From Candidatus Omnitrophota bacterium (GTDB taxonomy: Bacteria > Omnitrophota > Gorgyraeia > Zapsychrales > Zapsychraceae), in assembly GCA_028280285.1 (NCBI GenBank), contig JANQMA010000014.1:907-64906 (forward strand): a stretch of DNA of 64,000 bases, written 5' to 3'. The stretch's first letter is position 1. Every line of letters starts with the position of its first letter. Shown here in pieces: positions 29,901 through 38,310 of the stretch. The position numbers and the translations under genes were made by a program. The notes under the pieces were generated by a model, which was given only the letters and a program-made list of their open reading frames with translations, searched no databases and had not been told where the DNA came from.

Positions 29901-31006
29901 ACAACAATCATTTAAATATATTAATGGTCTCGATTGGGAGAGAGAATCAAAGCACCATTGATCAATATCTACAAACTGGAGACGAAGAGAGATTACGAGA
30001 AATAATAAATTCCCGTATTTTTTCAGCAGATTCCAATGATTCCATTAAGGCAACTGATGGATGGCTTAATATCTTTAAATGGGTATATGATTATAATTTG
30101 ATGACTCGTGTTCCTATAGAGATCAAAGCTATTGCCGATAGCTATGATGGGCCCGAAGCTATATCTGAAGATCTAAAGCTTTCATCCGCACTAGCGGATA
30201 GCGACACTAATGTTGTACTGTTAGGATATTATGGGCTTCGCGAGTACTTAAATGATGAACAACAAGAAAATATATTGATTCATATTGATCCGGTAACCGG
30301 TTTTTTTAACAATACCTCAAACTCTTTAAGTTATGCGTTTAATTTTTTGCTTGCAAGCAGAGAAGATCTTATCTTAGAGATTAAAGACAGTAACTTTGAG
30401 AATGAATCAATCGTATTTTTGGAGAATTCAGAATGGCAACAGTTGACGTTTAAAGCTGGTGAGATAGAAGGAATAGCATATTCTGACGAAGAAAAACAAA
30501 GTATCGTATCCTATTATCAACGCATTGCACCACTTATTGATAAATTTAATAAGTACCATTCTGTTTACGTAAGCATCCCTGGAGAAGATGGAGGGGATGA
30601 AGAACAATCACCAAAACTAACCCCGGAAACGCCCGAATATTCCCCTGTAGGTACTCCTACTGGTGCTGTTACCGATGCAGGGGTGCGTAAAGGAGGGATT
30701 GATTTTAATCCGGCAGGAATGGAGCTGGAAATCAAGACACAAGATACAGGGCACACGACACAGGTAAACTGTGTTGATGAGCCTGATCATGCTAACTGCA
30801 TTCAATTGCATTTTACTCCTGAACAAATCAAAGACATGCGTCAAAATATTACCGGCATTACTCCTGTCATCATCGATATCAGGCCGATGATTAATCTCCC
30901 TTTATTTCTAGGCTTTAATGATTCTGAAAGGCCTGCTGATGATACGGAAACGGTGGAGAAAGAAAACCGAGACTTGTTTGCAAGACTGGAAGAAATAGCT
31001 ATCTAA
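23996..31006 (+). CDS. Giant secreted protein (about 2336 aa): signal peptide, conserved N-terminal domain, variable repeat-containing middle, conserved C-terminal module
   Basis: Probable start is the ATG at 23996 (MRTHW...); the track's 23951 start is a TTG codon. Signal peptide ...SINPVYA|QV. The N-terminal domain is homologous to that of the 58012 ORF (WVNLSPYEKNRIIP...GQTEMGRELLVQDYLLKQ). The C-terminus carries GGIDFNP ... ITPVIIDIRPMINLPLFLGF plus an acidic tail. Confidence 0.7.
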   Translation: MRTHWTYRFIALVVSCLFTVTSINPVYAQVQPVSDIVPKLLPINGLNQPFEPMLIKGLKVNQTNPFEMEFIVSNKKSGQFKKESARLIKYFLAALTIPGKDMWVNLSPYEKNRIIPESFGQTEMGRELLVQDYLLKQVTASLLHPDGEYGQKFWAKIATQASQDIPLELFSKVWIIPDKAVVYENGGTAYVVEASLKVMLERDYLAVQTDARSSMLDASQQELVSSIQHPASNNLIREIIIPAITQEVNESKNFAKLRQIYHSLILATWYKKKMQNGILNQIYVDQNKTDGFIHNDPEAANKIWREYTETFKEGAYNSIKEEYDPQTQQIIPKKYFSGGADMASLETESIDNFVLKDDERDMAVLKIKLNLEKSDFASLAKRFWERLSIGGFDIETIKKLSTAVLDQKIENPKQYVNSLIDFKNSVKQATLLENLIKSIISAKDPKGLIDNYKIIIDKVHYGLGRDSQEDLDKHLKKISEQESPETVAQEVVDIHSKLKELGRKDYYYVANDIFKYILVSDDYARNTALLNKSTLLTQIFKLINELNTESKDYYDLDSDIKDRIVLKILSDTDIEAIADSFIEFYVNLKYFDLLGSQKSNLLTTIIEHTKYKQLVVWMNANSDTIKKNAKAIPKHEKRMQYLQQVIESYDGSNTVIDTGEYGQLKALLNSTSIEKEDIEELLETASNTDTISLLLSFTKYLIDKSKFEDALDKGFKDDLYRKLLKSIINAKDPKGLIDNYKIIIDEVHYDLKRKSQEDLDKHLKKISEQESPETVAQEVVDIHSKLKELGNKDYYYVANDIFKYILESDNYSKSIHSLTNKIILQSLFDLITNHHDKKISNLVKLHLPNTTENLDYTKILVLEHLKWNIIHKELLEILNNSEILSVFIKTTNEIIKTSKINPKKEINIFLSGLDEYLKVQDIYKPLLEWNEEDWNYLVNRQELENTLKSKNSSFDEKMDLLNFYHRFRPVTSYSFKTIRSLFEQEAQTDEQKIEVVEYVVDLIRDKNDMENSFPYLRGLVQKIARKRPKQGESTIELTPVERSILEAFDTIEQRDHLIDVMLNPHMSLDTKESLLSITAGTVLDPGLTTIYQQLKTKREKKTFFELFLRIKIEFNIKPPALILQYLLNGQLTFENLKQAVPKVQGKSLKNLIESPEFLEKDNNFFLLSYFIFNPSKWEYAHQQRFDQFKSIMDIVKSHIQNSNFTKAAEKELYASIRKHSSEAEEIIAALKTGESIIPKISGMKDADGQFIPQPVNISYAESEALKQQRTDFMMEFNLRLMNILKAMHYIKNITAITNRYQDESVELRSQFNDLIKSIQGLGGFDNQLLIQLHDMYLNALKILPKFKFANATDLEQEIQNQTQKFLLAFKKKALMPVYGFRPLLEQYKIKNNDKLIHSLSEYDIDLFYRAFQNKSRWGKAYQETDHFEGFIKQTFSLIPELFSKKHFGDLYTEPFQKAWGEMVGHFSTTAKQYEKIIQDQDDVNGKSKLVYASLLSKSDILPYIRFGDAPECCLSSHKESDQLSQGYIEYMASALLDQGTHVILFHTENKPVGFILWHFAKDKKDKLVAASARLYLQTQYRSTISTQNIMKKAEEIMAHLGIQEIHVSDTSYPGAQGIPEGYEGAHSIELKRIQTTTSVETTTTDLDRYLSNHFRSMSMHSKRLDNVLINKNDALLETAPEPHEDPLELELVENNPLNVQEIIAQGDIIESKSAQEYQNTLNLKFTQLGIIEASKFRVFIRDADIQLHVLRPRSFDKPTFGLNVPFTSKNKDLYAISQEEDGKINIYISEFAYLYGSQALTQELIAQELYKIFAKSQSLEATNDIDLERMINAEYENYFKSWLESLSAVELSDLGLKGQIKRMTMRSFVFGRLMGELHVDQQSKLTHFMRERREVSIKLNQRNTESQEITMPIPEDAWELMADIMINKKNPGEFINTKMQKDHLLYWLFASYAPVVFNSIAKQIKNLIDNNHLNILMVSIGRENQSTIDQYLQTGDEERLREIINSRIFSADSNDSIKATDGWLNIFKWVYDYNLMTRVPIEIKAIADSYDGPEAISEDLKLSSALADSDTNVVLLGYYGLREYLNDEQQENILIHIDPVTGFFNNTSNSLSYAFNFLLASREDLILEIKDSNFENESIVFLENSEWQQLTFKAGEIEGIAYSDEEKQSIVSYYQRIAPLIDKFNKYHSVYVSIPGEDGGDEEQSPKLTPETPEYSPVGTPTGAVTDAGVRKGGIDFNPAGMELEIKTQDTGHTTQVNCVDEPDHANCIQLHFTPEQIKDMRQNITGITPVIIDIRPMINLPLFLGFNDSERPADDTETVEKENRDLFARLEEIAI
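25301..25553 (+). repeat. Internal repeat copy 1 (about 250 bp) of the giant gene; about 95% identical to copy 2
   Basis: LIKSIISAKDPKGLIDNYKIIIDKVHYGLGRDSQEDLDKHLKKISEQESPETVAQEVVDIHSKLKELGRKDYYYVANDIFKYIL. Confidence 0.85.
26165..26411 (+). repeat. Internal repeat copy 2, about 860 bp downstream of copy 1
   Basis: LLKSIINAKDPKGLIDNYKIIIDEVHYDLKRKSQEDLDKHLKKISEQESPETVAQEVVDIHSKLKELGNKDYYYVANDIFKYIL. The identical antisense pseudo-ORFs (MRPLGSLALMM) in the ORF track reflect the same duplication. Confidence 0.85.
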
Positions 31007-31018
31007 ATAAAAGGATAG

Positions 31019-31072
31019 TTGACGTCCATACACCCCTTCTATATAATAACCCCACCATTCAAGAAGAGGAGG
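31019..31072 (+). promoter_or_regulatory. Near-consensus sigma70 promoter (TTGACG-17-TATAAT) plus AGGAGG ribosome-binding site for acnA
   Basis: TTGACG at 31019-31024, 17-nt spacer, TATAAT at 31042-31047, AGGAGG at 31067-31072, ATG at 31079. Confidence 0.6.
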
Positions 31073-31078
31073 AATTTA

Positions 31079-33772
31079 ATGGCAAGCAACTTTTCCAAAG
31101 ATCAAGTCCAGGAAGCACTTAAAGCTGGTTCCAAAGAATACACCATATACAGCATACCCAAATTTGCCAATCTCAATATCGGAAAGCCACAACAACTGCC
31201 ATTTTCCATCAAAGTTCTCCTTGAAAGCGCACTGCGTAATTATGATGATTATCAAGTCACCCTCGATGATATCACAAAATTAGCCAACTGGTCACCCGCT
31301 CAGACTGAACCGCAAGAAATTGCCTTTAAGCCGGGGCGTGTTGTCCTTCAAGATTTTACCGGTGTGCCCTGTGTGGTTGATTTGGCGGCCATGCGCAACG
31401 GTCTTAAAAATTTAGGTGGCGATTATAAAAAGATTAATCCGCAAGTACAATGTGATCTTGTCATTGACCATTCTGTTCAAGTTGATGCTTTTGGTTCTAG
31501 AGAAGCCTTTGCCAAAAATGTTGAGCTGGAATTTTCACGCAATAAAGAACGTTATGAATTTCTTAAATGGGGACAAAACGCGTTTGAAAATTTCCGTGTT
31601 GTGCCGCCGGCCACAGGAATTGTCCATCAAGTTAATTTAGAATACTTAGCCAAAGGTGTTTTACAAAAAGACGGTGCCGCTTATCCGGACAGTTTAGTTG
31701 GAACAGATTCGCATACAACTATGATTAATGGTCTTGGTGTTGTCGGTTGGGGCGTCGGTGGTATTGAAGCAGAGGCTGTTATGCTCGGCGAGCCGATTAA
31801 TATGCTTATGCCTCAGGTTATTGGGTTTAAACTTAAAGGACAATTAAGCGAAGGCGTTACGGCAACCGATTTGGTGTTGGTCGTAACACAGATGCTGCGT
31901 CAAAAGGGTGTCGTCGGTAAATTTGTTGAATTTTTTGGTGATGGGTTGGCCCATCTGAGTTTACCTGATCGGGCAACGATTTCGAATATGGCACCGGAAT
32001 ATGGTGCGACGATCGGCATTTTCCCGATCGATGAACAGACCTTAAGTTATTTGAAATTATCCGGACGTACGGATGAAGAGATTGACCTTGTTGAACAATA
32101 TTATAAAGCACAAGGCATGTTTTATACAGCGGATAGCATTGACCCCGAGTATACAGATACACTGGAACTTGATTTATCTACGGTACAGCCTTGTCTCGCC
32201 GGACCGAAACGACCGCAAGATAAAATCAATCTAACAGATATGAAAGACGAATTTCATGCAGATTTAATAAAACCTGTAAAGGATAGAGGGTTTGGTCTTG
32301 AAAATGGTCATTTGGATAAATCCATTAATATGGTTGATGGCGATGTAACAGAGGAAATGTATCATGGTTCGGTCGTTATTGCGGCGATTACTAGTTGTAC
32401 TAACACATCTAATCCATCGGTATTACTTGCCGCCGGGTTAGTCGCTAAAAAAGCAAGCGAGCTTGGTCTTAAAGTTAAAAAGTATGTTAAGACCAGTTTT
32501 GCACCGGGTTCCCAGGTTGTTGACGAGTATATTAATAAAGCAGGGCTTATGCCTTACCTTGAAGACCTTGGTTTTCACATTGTCGGTTATGGATGCACAA
32601 CATGTATCGGTAACAGCGGGCCTTTACCTGAGCCTGTCGCCAAGGCCATCGTTGATGGGGACCTTGTGGCTACATCTGTTTTAAGCGGTAACCGCAACTT
32701 CGAAGGACGTGTTAGTCCTTTAACCAAAGGAAATTATTTGGCTTCGCCGCCATTGGTTGTAGCGTACGCACTTGCCGGGACAGTTGATATTAATTTAGAC
32801 AAAGATCCTGTCGGACAAGATAAAGACGGCAATGATGTTTATTTAAAAGATATTTGGCCGACAACACAAGAGGTCAATGATCTTGCCGCCCAGGCCGTCA
32901 GTGCCGATGATTTTCGCAAACGGTACGGCAATGTGAGTGACGGTAATGCCGACTGGAATGAGATTGCATCGACCGCATCTGATCTTTACGCATGGAAAGA
33001 AGACAGCACGTATGTCCAGGAGCCACCGTTTTTTATTGGTATGACAGGTGACGTTGCGCCTATTGAAGAACTGAAAGGAGCGCAATGTTTAGTTAAGGTG
33101 GGGGATTCCATTACAACCGATCACATATCCCCAGCCGGTGTCATTGCCGAAGATTCTCCGGCAGGAAAGTATTTAAAAAGTCTTGGGGTAGAGAAAAAAG
33201 ATTTTAATAGTTACGGTTCCCGTCGGGGTAATGATCGTGTTATGACACGGGGCACATTCGCCAACGTTAAACTGCGTAATCAACTCGCGCCAGGTACAGA
33301 AGGCTCATGGACAACCCATTTCCCGTCAGGAGAAAAAACAAGCATCTATGATGCATCTCTTAAATATAAAGAATCTAACACACCTCTTATTGTTCTAGCC
33401 GGCAAAGACTATGGTATGGGTTCATCACGCGACTGGGCGGCCAAGGGAACAGCCCTCTTAGGAGTTAAAGCGGTTATTGCCGAGAGTTATGAGCGTATTC
33501 ACCGCAGTAACCTGGCCGGTATGGGTGTTTTGCCTCTGCAGTTTAAAGAAGGCGAGAGCCACGAAACATTAGGCCTTAAGGGGGATGAAGTGTTTGATTT
33601 TGAAGGCATCAATGATGATTTAAAACCGCGCCAAACAATCACCGTCACGGCAAAGTCTCCTGGAGGAGACGAAAAAACATTTGATGTTATTTGTCGTCTC
33701 GATACACCTGTTGAAATTGACTATGTTAAAAATGGGGGGATTCTTCAAACCGTCTTGCGCAAACTTGCTTAA
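31079..33772 (+). CDS. acnA: Aconitate hydratase A
   Basis: About 897 aa; aconitase family with Fe-S ligand cysteines ([22 protein letters not shown]) and the characteristic swivel-domain C-terminus. The start is placed at the ATG after the RBS rather than the track's 31019. Confidence 0.9.
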   Translation: MASNFSKDQVQEALKAGSKEYTIYSIPKFANLNIGKPQQLPFSIKVLLESALRNYDDYQVTLDDITKLANWSPAQTEPQEIAFKPGRVVLQDFTGVPCVVDLAAMRNGLKNLGGDYKKINPQVQCDLVIDHSVQVDAFGSREAFAKNVELEFSRNKERYEFLKWGQNAFENFRVVPPATGIVHQVNLEYLAKGVLQKDGAAYPDSLVGTDSHTTMINGLGVVGWGVGGIEAEAVMLGEPINMLMPQVIGFKLKGQLSEGVTATDLVLVVTQMLRQKGVVGKFVEFFGDGLAHLSLPDRATISNMAPEYGATIGIFPIDEQTLSYLKLSGRTDEEIDLVEQYYKAQGMFYTADSIDPEYTDTLELDLSTVQPCLAGPKRPQDKINLTDMKDEFHADLIKPVKDRGFGLENGHLDKSINMVDGDVTEEMYHGSVVIAAITSCTNTSNPSVLLAAGLVAKKASELGLKVKKYVKTSFAPGSQVVDEYINKAGLMPYLEDLGFHIVGYGCTTCIGNSGPLPEPVAKAIVDGDLVATSVLSGNRNFEGRVSPLTKGNYLASPPLVVAYALAGTVDINLDKDPVGQDKDGNDVYLKDIWPTTQEVNDLAAQAVSADDFRKRYGNVSDGNADWNEIASTASDLYAWKEDSTYVQEPPFFIGMTGDVAPIEELKGAQCLVKVGDSITTDHISPAGVIAEDSPAGKYLKSLGVEKKDFNSYGSRRGNDRVMTRGTFANVKLRNQLAPGTEGSWTTHFPSGEKTSIYDASLKYKESNTPLIVLAGKDYGMGSSRDWAAKGTALLGVKAVIAESYERIHRSNLAGMGVLPLQFKEGESHETLGLKGDEVFDFEGINDDLKPRQTITVTAKSPGGDEKTFDVICRLDTPVEIDYVKNGGILQTVLRKLA

Positions 33773-33773
33773 C

Positions 33774-33857
33774 CAGCGTTTAGCGAATAGCGGATAGCGA
33801 ATAGTAGTAAACAGAAAATAGATGATAGTAACCTAAACGCTATACGCTTTACGCTAA
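33774..33857. repeat. Heptamer-built inverted repeat ((TAGCGRA)n / (TWWACGC)n) after acnA
   Basis: cagcgtt tagcgaa tagcgga tagcgaa tag ... ctaaacg ctatacg ctttacg ctaat. Confidence 0.6.
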
Positions 33858-33880
33858 TAACTAGGATTATTGATTATCCA

Positions 33881-35860
33881 ATGAAAAATCTCTACACCCA
33901 ATCCGATGCTGATAAATGCAATAATGATCCTCTGCGCTTACGTGTCTACACATCCAGACTACTCGGTCAAGACTCTTCACTCGTCTTACATGGAGGAGGT
34001 AACACATCGGTTAAGACTGAAGTCGCTAATCTCTTTGGAGAAAAAGAAAAAGTTCTTTATGTGAAGGGAAGCGGTTGGGATTTGGCAACAATTGAAGCGG
34101 AGGGTTTTGCTCCTGTCAAAATGGACACGCTGCTTAAAATGGCCGAGTTAGACACACTTGACGATATGACTATGGTCAAAAATCAACGCGCTGCCATGCT
34201 CGATCCATCAGCGCCTAATCCGTCGGTGGAAGCGATCCTTCATGCGGTTATTCCCTTTAATTTTGTCGATCATACCCATGCCGATGCCGTTGTGACAGTC
34301 ACCAATACACCGAAAGGCAAAGAGCATGTCGATGCCATTTATGGTGATCGCGTTCTTGTTATTCCGTATGTGATGCCGGGTTTTATTTTGGCGAGAGAGA
34401 TTTACAAAATCACAAAAGAAATCAATTGGTCCGACTATGAAGGAATGGTTCTTCTTAATCATGGCATCTTTACCTGGGGAGATACCGCCCGTGAGAGTTA
34501 TGACCGTATGATTAAACTCGTTGATGAAGCAGAACAATATATCAATAAGCAAAATGCCGCTATTGATTTCGTTGAGACAACAAAGGTTTTTCCGAGTATC
34601 AACTTATTTGAATTTGCCAAACTGCGGCGCGAAGTATCGAAGGAGCGCGGTGGCGCTGTTGTCGCTCGTCTTGAAACCGACTCCTATCGCACGCATTTTG
34701 CAAATCTTAGCAATGTCAAAAAAATCGCTACGCGTGGATTATTGACGCCTGATCATGTCATAAGAAATAAACGCATTCCGATGATTATTGAAAGTGATGT
34801 CAAAAAATCTGTTGCCAATTTTGTCCGCGATTATGAAAAGTATTTCAAACACAATACCGACGGTACGTTAACCTGCCTTGATCCGGCACCGCGTTGGGGT
34901 ATTTGGCCAAACATCGGAACAGTCACATTTGGACGAACAGTCAAAGAATGCATTATTATTTCTGATATTACGCATCACACCATGAAGGCGATTGAAACGG
35001 CCGAGAAGCTCGGCGGATGGAAAACACTAGGAGAAAAAGATATTTTTGAAATGGAGTATTGGGTTTTAGAACAAGCCAAGTTGAAAAAGTCCGGTTCGGC
35101 TTCTATTTTTCAAGGGAAGGTGGCCGTTGTCACAGGTGCCGCGAGCGGCATTGGACGGGCCTGTGTTGAAAAGTTACACCAGTTCGGCGCTGTAGTCGTA
35201 GCTTTAGATATCAATCCAGACATTCGGACAATGTTTAATAAATCTGATATCATTGGTCTTGTCTGTGACTTAACCGATGAGGTTGCGATCCATGAGGCCA
35301 TTACAACAACTGTGCGTAACTTCGGCGGACTCGATATTATTGTCAGTAATGCCGGTACTTTTCCGGCCAGTGAACTGCTTGATGAGATGAAACGCTCGAC
35401 ATGGGATAAAAGTATTAATACGAACCTTTCCAGCCATCAAATTTTGATGCAGCATGCCTTGCCATTCTTAAAAGAAGGGATTGATCCGGCGATTGTCATT
35501 GTCGGATCAAAGAATGTCGCCGCACCGGGACCGGGCATATCGGCCTATTCTGTCGCTAAAGCAGGGCTTACACAACTAGCGCGTGTGGCTGCCCTGGAAT
35601 GTGCCGCAGCAGGCATTCGGGTCAATGTCGTTCATCCCAACGCCGTCTTCGATACAGCCATCTGGACAGACGATGTGCTGACCAAGCGGGCTAAAAACTA
35701 CAATATGTCCGTTGATGAGTACAAAACAAACAATCTGCTTAAAACTGCAATCACATCCGCCGATGTGGCCGAACTGGTTGCCACCATGGCCGGTCCTGTC
35801 TTTAGCAAAACCACCGGCGCCCAAGTTTCTATTGATGGCGGCAATGATCGGACGATTTGA
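33881..35860 (+). CDS. Bifunctional class II aldolase / short-chain dehydrogenase (rhamnulose-1-phosphate aldolase/alcohol dehydrogenase-like)
   Basis: N-terminal aldolase/adducin-like domain (HGGGNTSVK) fused to a C-terminal SDR domain (TGAASGIGRA ... YSVAKAG). Confidence 0.7.
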   Translation: MKNLYTQSDADKCNNDPLRLRVYTSRLLGQDSSLVLHGGGNTSVKTEVANLFGEKEKVLYVKGSGWDLATIEAEGFAPVKMDTLLKMAELDTLDDMTMVKNQRAAMLDPSAPNPSVEAILHAVIPFNFVDHTHADAVVTVTNTPKGKEHVDAIYGDRVLVIPYVMPGFILAREIYKITKEINWSDYEGMVLLNHGIFTWGDTARESYDRMIKLVDEAEQYINKQNAAIDFVETTKVFPSINLFEFAKLRREVSKERGGAVVARLETDSYRTHFANLSNVKKIATRGLLTPDHVIRNKRIPMIIESDVKKSVANFVRDYEKYFKHNTDGTLTCLDPAPRWGIWPNIGTVTFGRTVKECIIISDITHHTMKAIETAEKLGGWKTLGEKDIFEMEYWVLEQAKLKKSGSASIFQGKVAVVTGAASGIGRACVEKLHQFGAVVVALDINPDIRTMFNKSDIIGLVCDLTDEVAIHEAITTTVRNFGGLDIIVSNAGTFPASELLDEMKRSTWDKSINTNLSSHQILMQHALPFLKEGIDPAIVIVGSKNVAAPGPGISAYSVAKAGLTQLARVAALECAAAGIRVNVVHPNAVFDTAIWTDDVLTKRAKNYNMSVDEYKTNNLLKTAITSADVAELVATMAGPVFSKTTGAQVSIDGGNDRTI

Positions 35861-36089
35861 CAAATCCAGTCTGATCACGTAGAATCATTCCTCACATATA
35901 ATAATAATATTTAAGTAATATATTATATATCCGATAATCCGGTTAAGTTATTTGGTGTTCGGTGGCGATGCCCGTATCGGTTTTTGGTCATGTTAAACGT
36001 ATTTTGTAACGACAAACGCTAACCGATATACGAAACGGGTTTCGAAACCGAAAAACGTTAACAAATGAATTCAGTATTAGGAGTATTTA
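35861..36089 (+). promoter_or_regulatory. Long (about 230 nt) structured 5' leader upstream of leuC; candidate attenuator
   Basis: Mutually exclusive hairpins (cgtatcggtt / aaccgatatacg; gaaacgggtttc / gtttcgaaac) and a 10-codon mini-ORF (atgttaaacgtattttgtaacgacaaacgctaa). No T-box consensus found. Confidence 0.25.
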
Positions 36090-37496
36090 ATGGGTAAGAC
36101 ATTATATGAAAAAATCTGGGATACCCACATGGTGCGTGAAAGCCAAGGGGATACGTCCATTATTTATATAGACCGTCATTTGGTCCACGAAGTCACCAGT
36201 CCGCAGGCCTTTGAAGGGCTTAGACTTACAGGCCGTAAGGTGCGTTGTCCACAAAAGACCATTGCCACCATGGATCACAACGTTTCGACCAGGACAAAAG
36301 TTTTTTCTGAAATGGAAAAGACATCGCAGATCCAAATGGAGGCGCTCATCAAAAACTGTGAAGAGTTTGGCATTACTTGCTACGACCATCAGCACCCTGA
36401 CCAAGGTGTTGTGCACATCATCGGCCCTGAGCAAGGCCTAACACAACCCGGGATGACCATTGTCTGCGGCGATTCGCATACAGCGACTCATGGCGCTTTT
36501 GGGGCATTGGCCTTTGGTATCGGAACTTCTGAAGTCGAACATGTGCTTGCAACACAAACCTTACAGCAAAATAAATCCAAAACAATGCTCATTAATGTCG
36601 AAGGCGAGTTAGGATTTGGTGTAACGGCCAAAGACATTATTTTATATATCATCGGTCAAATCGGAACGGCCGGAGCAACCGGTTATGTAATTGAATACGC
36701 CGGAAGCGCGATCCGTAATCTTTCGATGGAAGGACGTATGACTATTTGTAATATGAGCATCGAAGCCGGTGCGCGCGCCGGGATGATTGCGCCTGATCAA
36801 ACGACTTTTGATTATATCCAAGGACGCGACTTTGCCCCGAAAGGTGAACAGTGGGAACAGGCTGTCAACTATTGGAAATCCCTGACGTCAGATCCCGATG
36901 CCAAATTCGATACTGTTTTAGATTTAAAAGCAGAAGATATCGCCCCACAGGTTACATGGGGCACATCACCTGGGCAGGTAACATCGGTCACAGCAACTGT
37001 CCCTGATCCGGAAAGTTTTACCGATGCGGTTGAACGCACATCAGCCCGTCAGGCGCTTGATTATATTAAACTTGAGGCTAACACACCGATTGAAGGTATT
37101 GCGATCGATAAAGTATTCATCGGTTCGTGTACAAATGGACGTATCGAAGATTTGCGGGTTGCCGCCAAAATTGTGGAAGGCAAAAAAGTCGCCGACAATG
37201 TGCAGGCGATTGTTGTGCCTGGTTCAGGCCGTGTTTTACGTCAAGCTGAAGAAGAAGGGTTGGCCCAAATCTTTCGCGATGCCGGTTTTGAATGGCGTTT
37301 TGCCGGATGCTCGATGTGTTTAGGCATGAACGATGATCAATTAACGGCCGGTGAGCGTTGCGCCTCAACGTCCAACCGTAACTTTGAAGGCCGTCAAGGC
37401 CCCGGCGGATTAACCCATTTGATGAGTCCGGAAATGGCCGCTATCGCCGCCCTTGAGGGAAAGATAGTTGATATAAGAAAATATAAAAAATCTTAA
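36090..37496 (+). CDS. leuC: 3-isopropylmalate dehydratase large subunit
   Basis: Aconitase-family catalytic domain; Fe-S cysteines ([15 protein letters not shown]). Confidence 0.95.
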   Translation: MGKTLYEKIWDTHMVRESQGDTSIIYIDRHLVHEVTSPQAFEGLRLTGRKVRCPQKTIATMDHNVSTRTKVFSEMEKTSQIQMEALIKNCEEFGITCYDHQHPDQGVVHIIGPEQGLTQPGMTIVCGDSHTATHGAFGALAFGIGTSEVEHVLATQTLQQNKSKTMLINVEGELGFGVTAKDIILYIIGQIGTAGATGYVIEYAGSAIRNLSMEGRMTICNMSIEAGARAGMIAPDQTTFDYIQGRDFAPKGEQWEQAVNYWKSLTSDPDAKFDTVLDLKAEDIAPQVTWGTSPGQVTSVTATVPDPESFTDAVERTSARQALDYIKLEANTPIEGIAIDKVFIGSCTNGRIEDLRVAAKIVEGKKVADNVQAIVVPGSGRVLRQAEEEGLAQIFRDAGFEWRFAGCSMCLGMNDDQLTAGERCASTSNRNFEGRQGPGGLTHLMSPEMAAIAALEGKIVDIRKYKKS

Positions 37497-37501
37497 CCAT
37501 G

Positions 37502-37571
37502 AGGTTTTAGGGATTAGGTTTTGGGTTTTAGTAAAATAATATCTAACCCCCAACACCTTAAACCTAAAACC
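37502..37571. repeat. Heptamer-built inverted repeat ((GGTTTTA)n / (CTAAAAC)n) between leuC and leuD
   Basis: aggtttta gggatta ggttttg ggtttta g ... ctaaccc ccaacac cttaaac ctaaaac c, followed by gctttttt. Confidence 0.6.
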
Positions 37572-37598
37572 ATTTAGTGCTTTTTTAAGGATCAAAAT

Positions 37599-38210
37599 AT
37601 GGAACCATTTACAACACACACCGGTATTGCCGCACCGCTTGACCGTGCCAATGTCGATACCGATGCGATTATACCCAAACAATTTTTACGCAAAATTGAC
37701 CGTACGGGATTTGGCGTGCATTTATTTCATGAGCTACGTTACACTGATTATGAGGGCACGCAGGAAAATTCGGACTTTATTTTAAATCAGGAGCCTTATC
37801 GTAGTGCAACGGTTTTACTTGCGCGGGATAATTTTGGCTGCGGCTCATCCCGTGAGCATGCGCCGTGGGCGATTGCTGATTTTGGTTTTAAGGTAATCAT
37901 CGCACCGAGCTTTGCCGATATTTTTAAAAACAATTGCGTTAAAAACGGTATTTTAACCATTGTTTTATCACAAGAAGAGGTTGAAGAATTGTTTCAATTA
38001 ACAGCAAGTGATAAGGGTGTCGAATTTACAGCTGATCTTGAAGAACAAAAACTAACCGCCGGTGGCAAAGAATATACTTTTGATCTTCATCCGTTTTCTA
38101 AAGAATGTTTGCTTAAAGGCTTAGATCATATTGGATGGACATCTCAATTTGAAAATCAAATCAGAACCTATGAGCAGAAATTGAAAACTACAACGCCATG
38201 GCTTACGTAA
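37599..38210 (+). CDS. leuD: 3-isopropylmalate dehydratase small subunit
   Basis: Aconitase swivel domain ([12 protein letters not shown]). Confidence 0.95.
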   Translation: MEPFTTHTGIAAPLDRANVDTDAIIPKQFLRKIDRTGFGVHLFHELRYTDYEGTQENSDFILNQEPYRSATVLLARDNFGCGSSREHAPWAIADFGFKVIIAPSFADIFKNNCVKNGILTIVLSQEEVEELFQLTASDKGVEFTADLEEQKLTAGGKEYTFDLHPFSKECLLKGLDHIGWTSQFENQIRTYEQKLKTTTPWLT

Positions 38211-38211
38211 A

Positions 38212-38283
38212 CAGCGGATAGCGGTTAGCGTAAAGCGAATAGATTAATTTCTAAACGCTATACGCCATACGCTAAACGCTAAG
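38212..38283. repeat. Heptamer-built inverted repeat (CGGATAG / CTAAACG units) after leuD; same family as 33774-33857
   Basis: cagcggatag cggttag cgtaaag cgaatag ... ctaaacg ctatacg ccatacg ctaaacg ctaag. Confidence 0.6.
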
Positions 38284-38310
38284 ATTATCAGCAGAAGATA
38301 AGAGTTAATT

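Noticed and set aside
36030-36050. gggtttcgaaacc resembles a tRNA T-arm
   Set aside because: The loop is only 2 nt and there is no surrounding tRNA structure; it lies in the leuC leader.
35861-36089. T-box riboswitch or Leu leader peptide upstream of leuC
   Set aside because: No T-box consensus (AANNNGGGTGGNACCGCG) and no Leu-codon run in any mini-ORF. Only generic hairpins, so reported as low-confidence.
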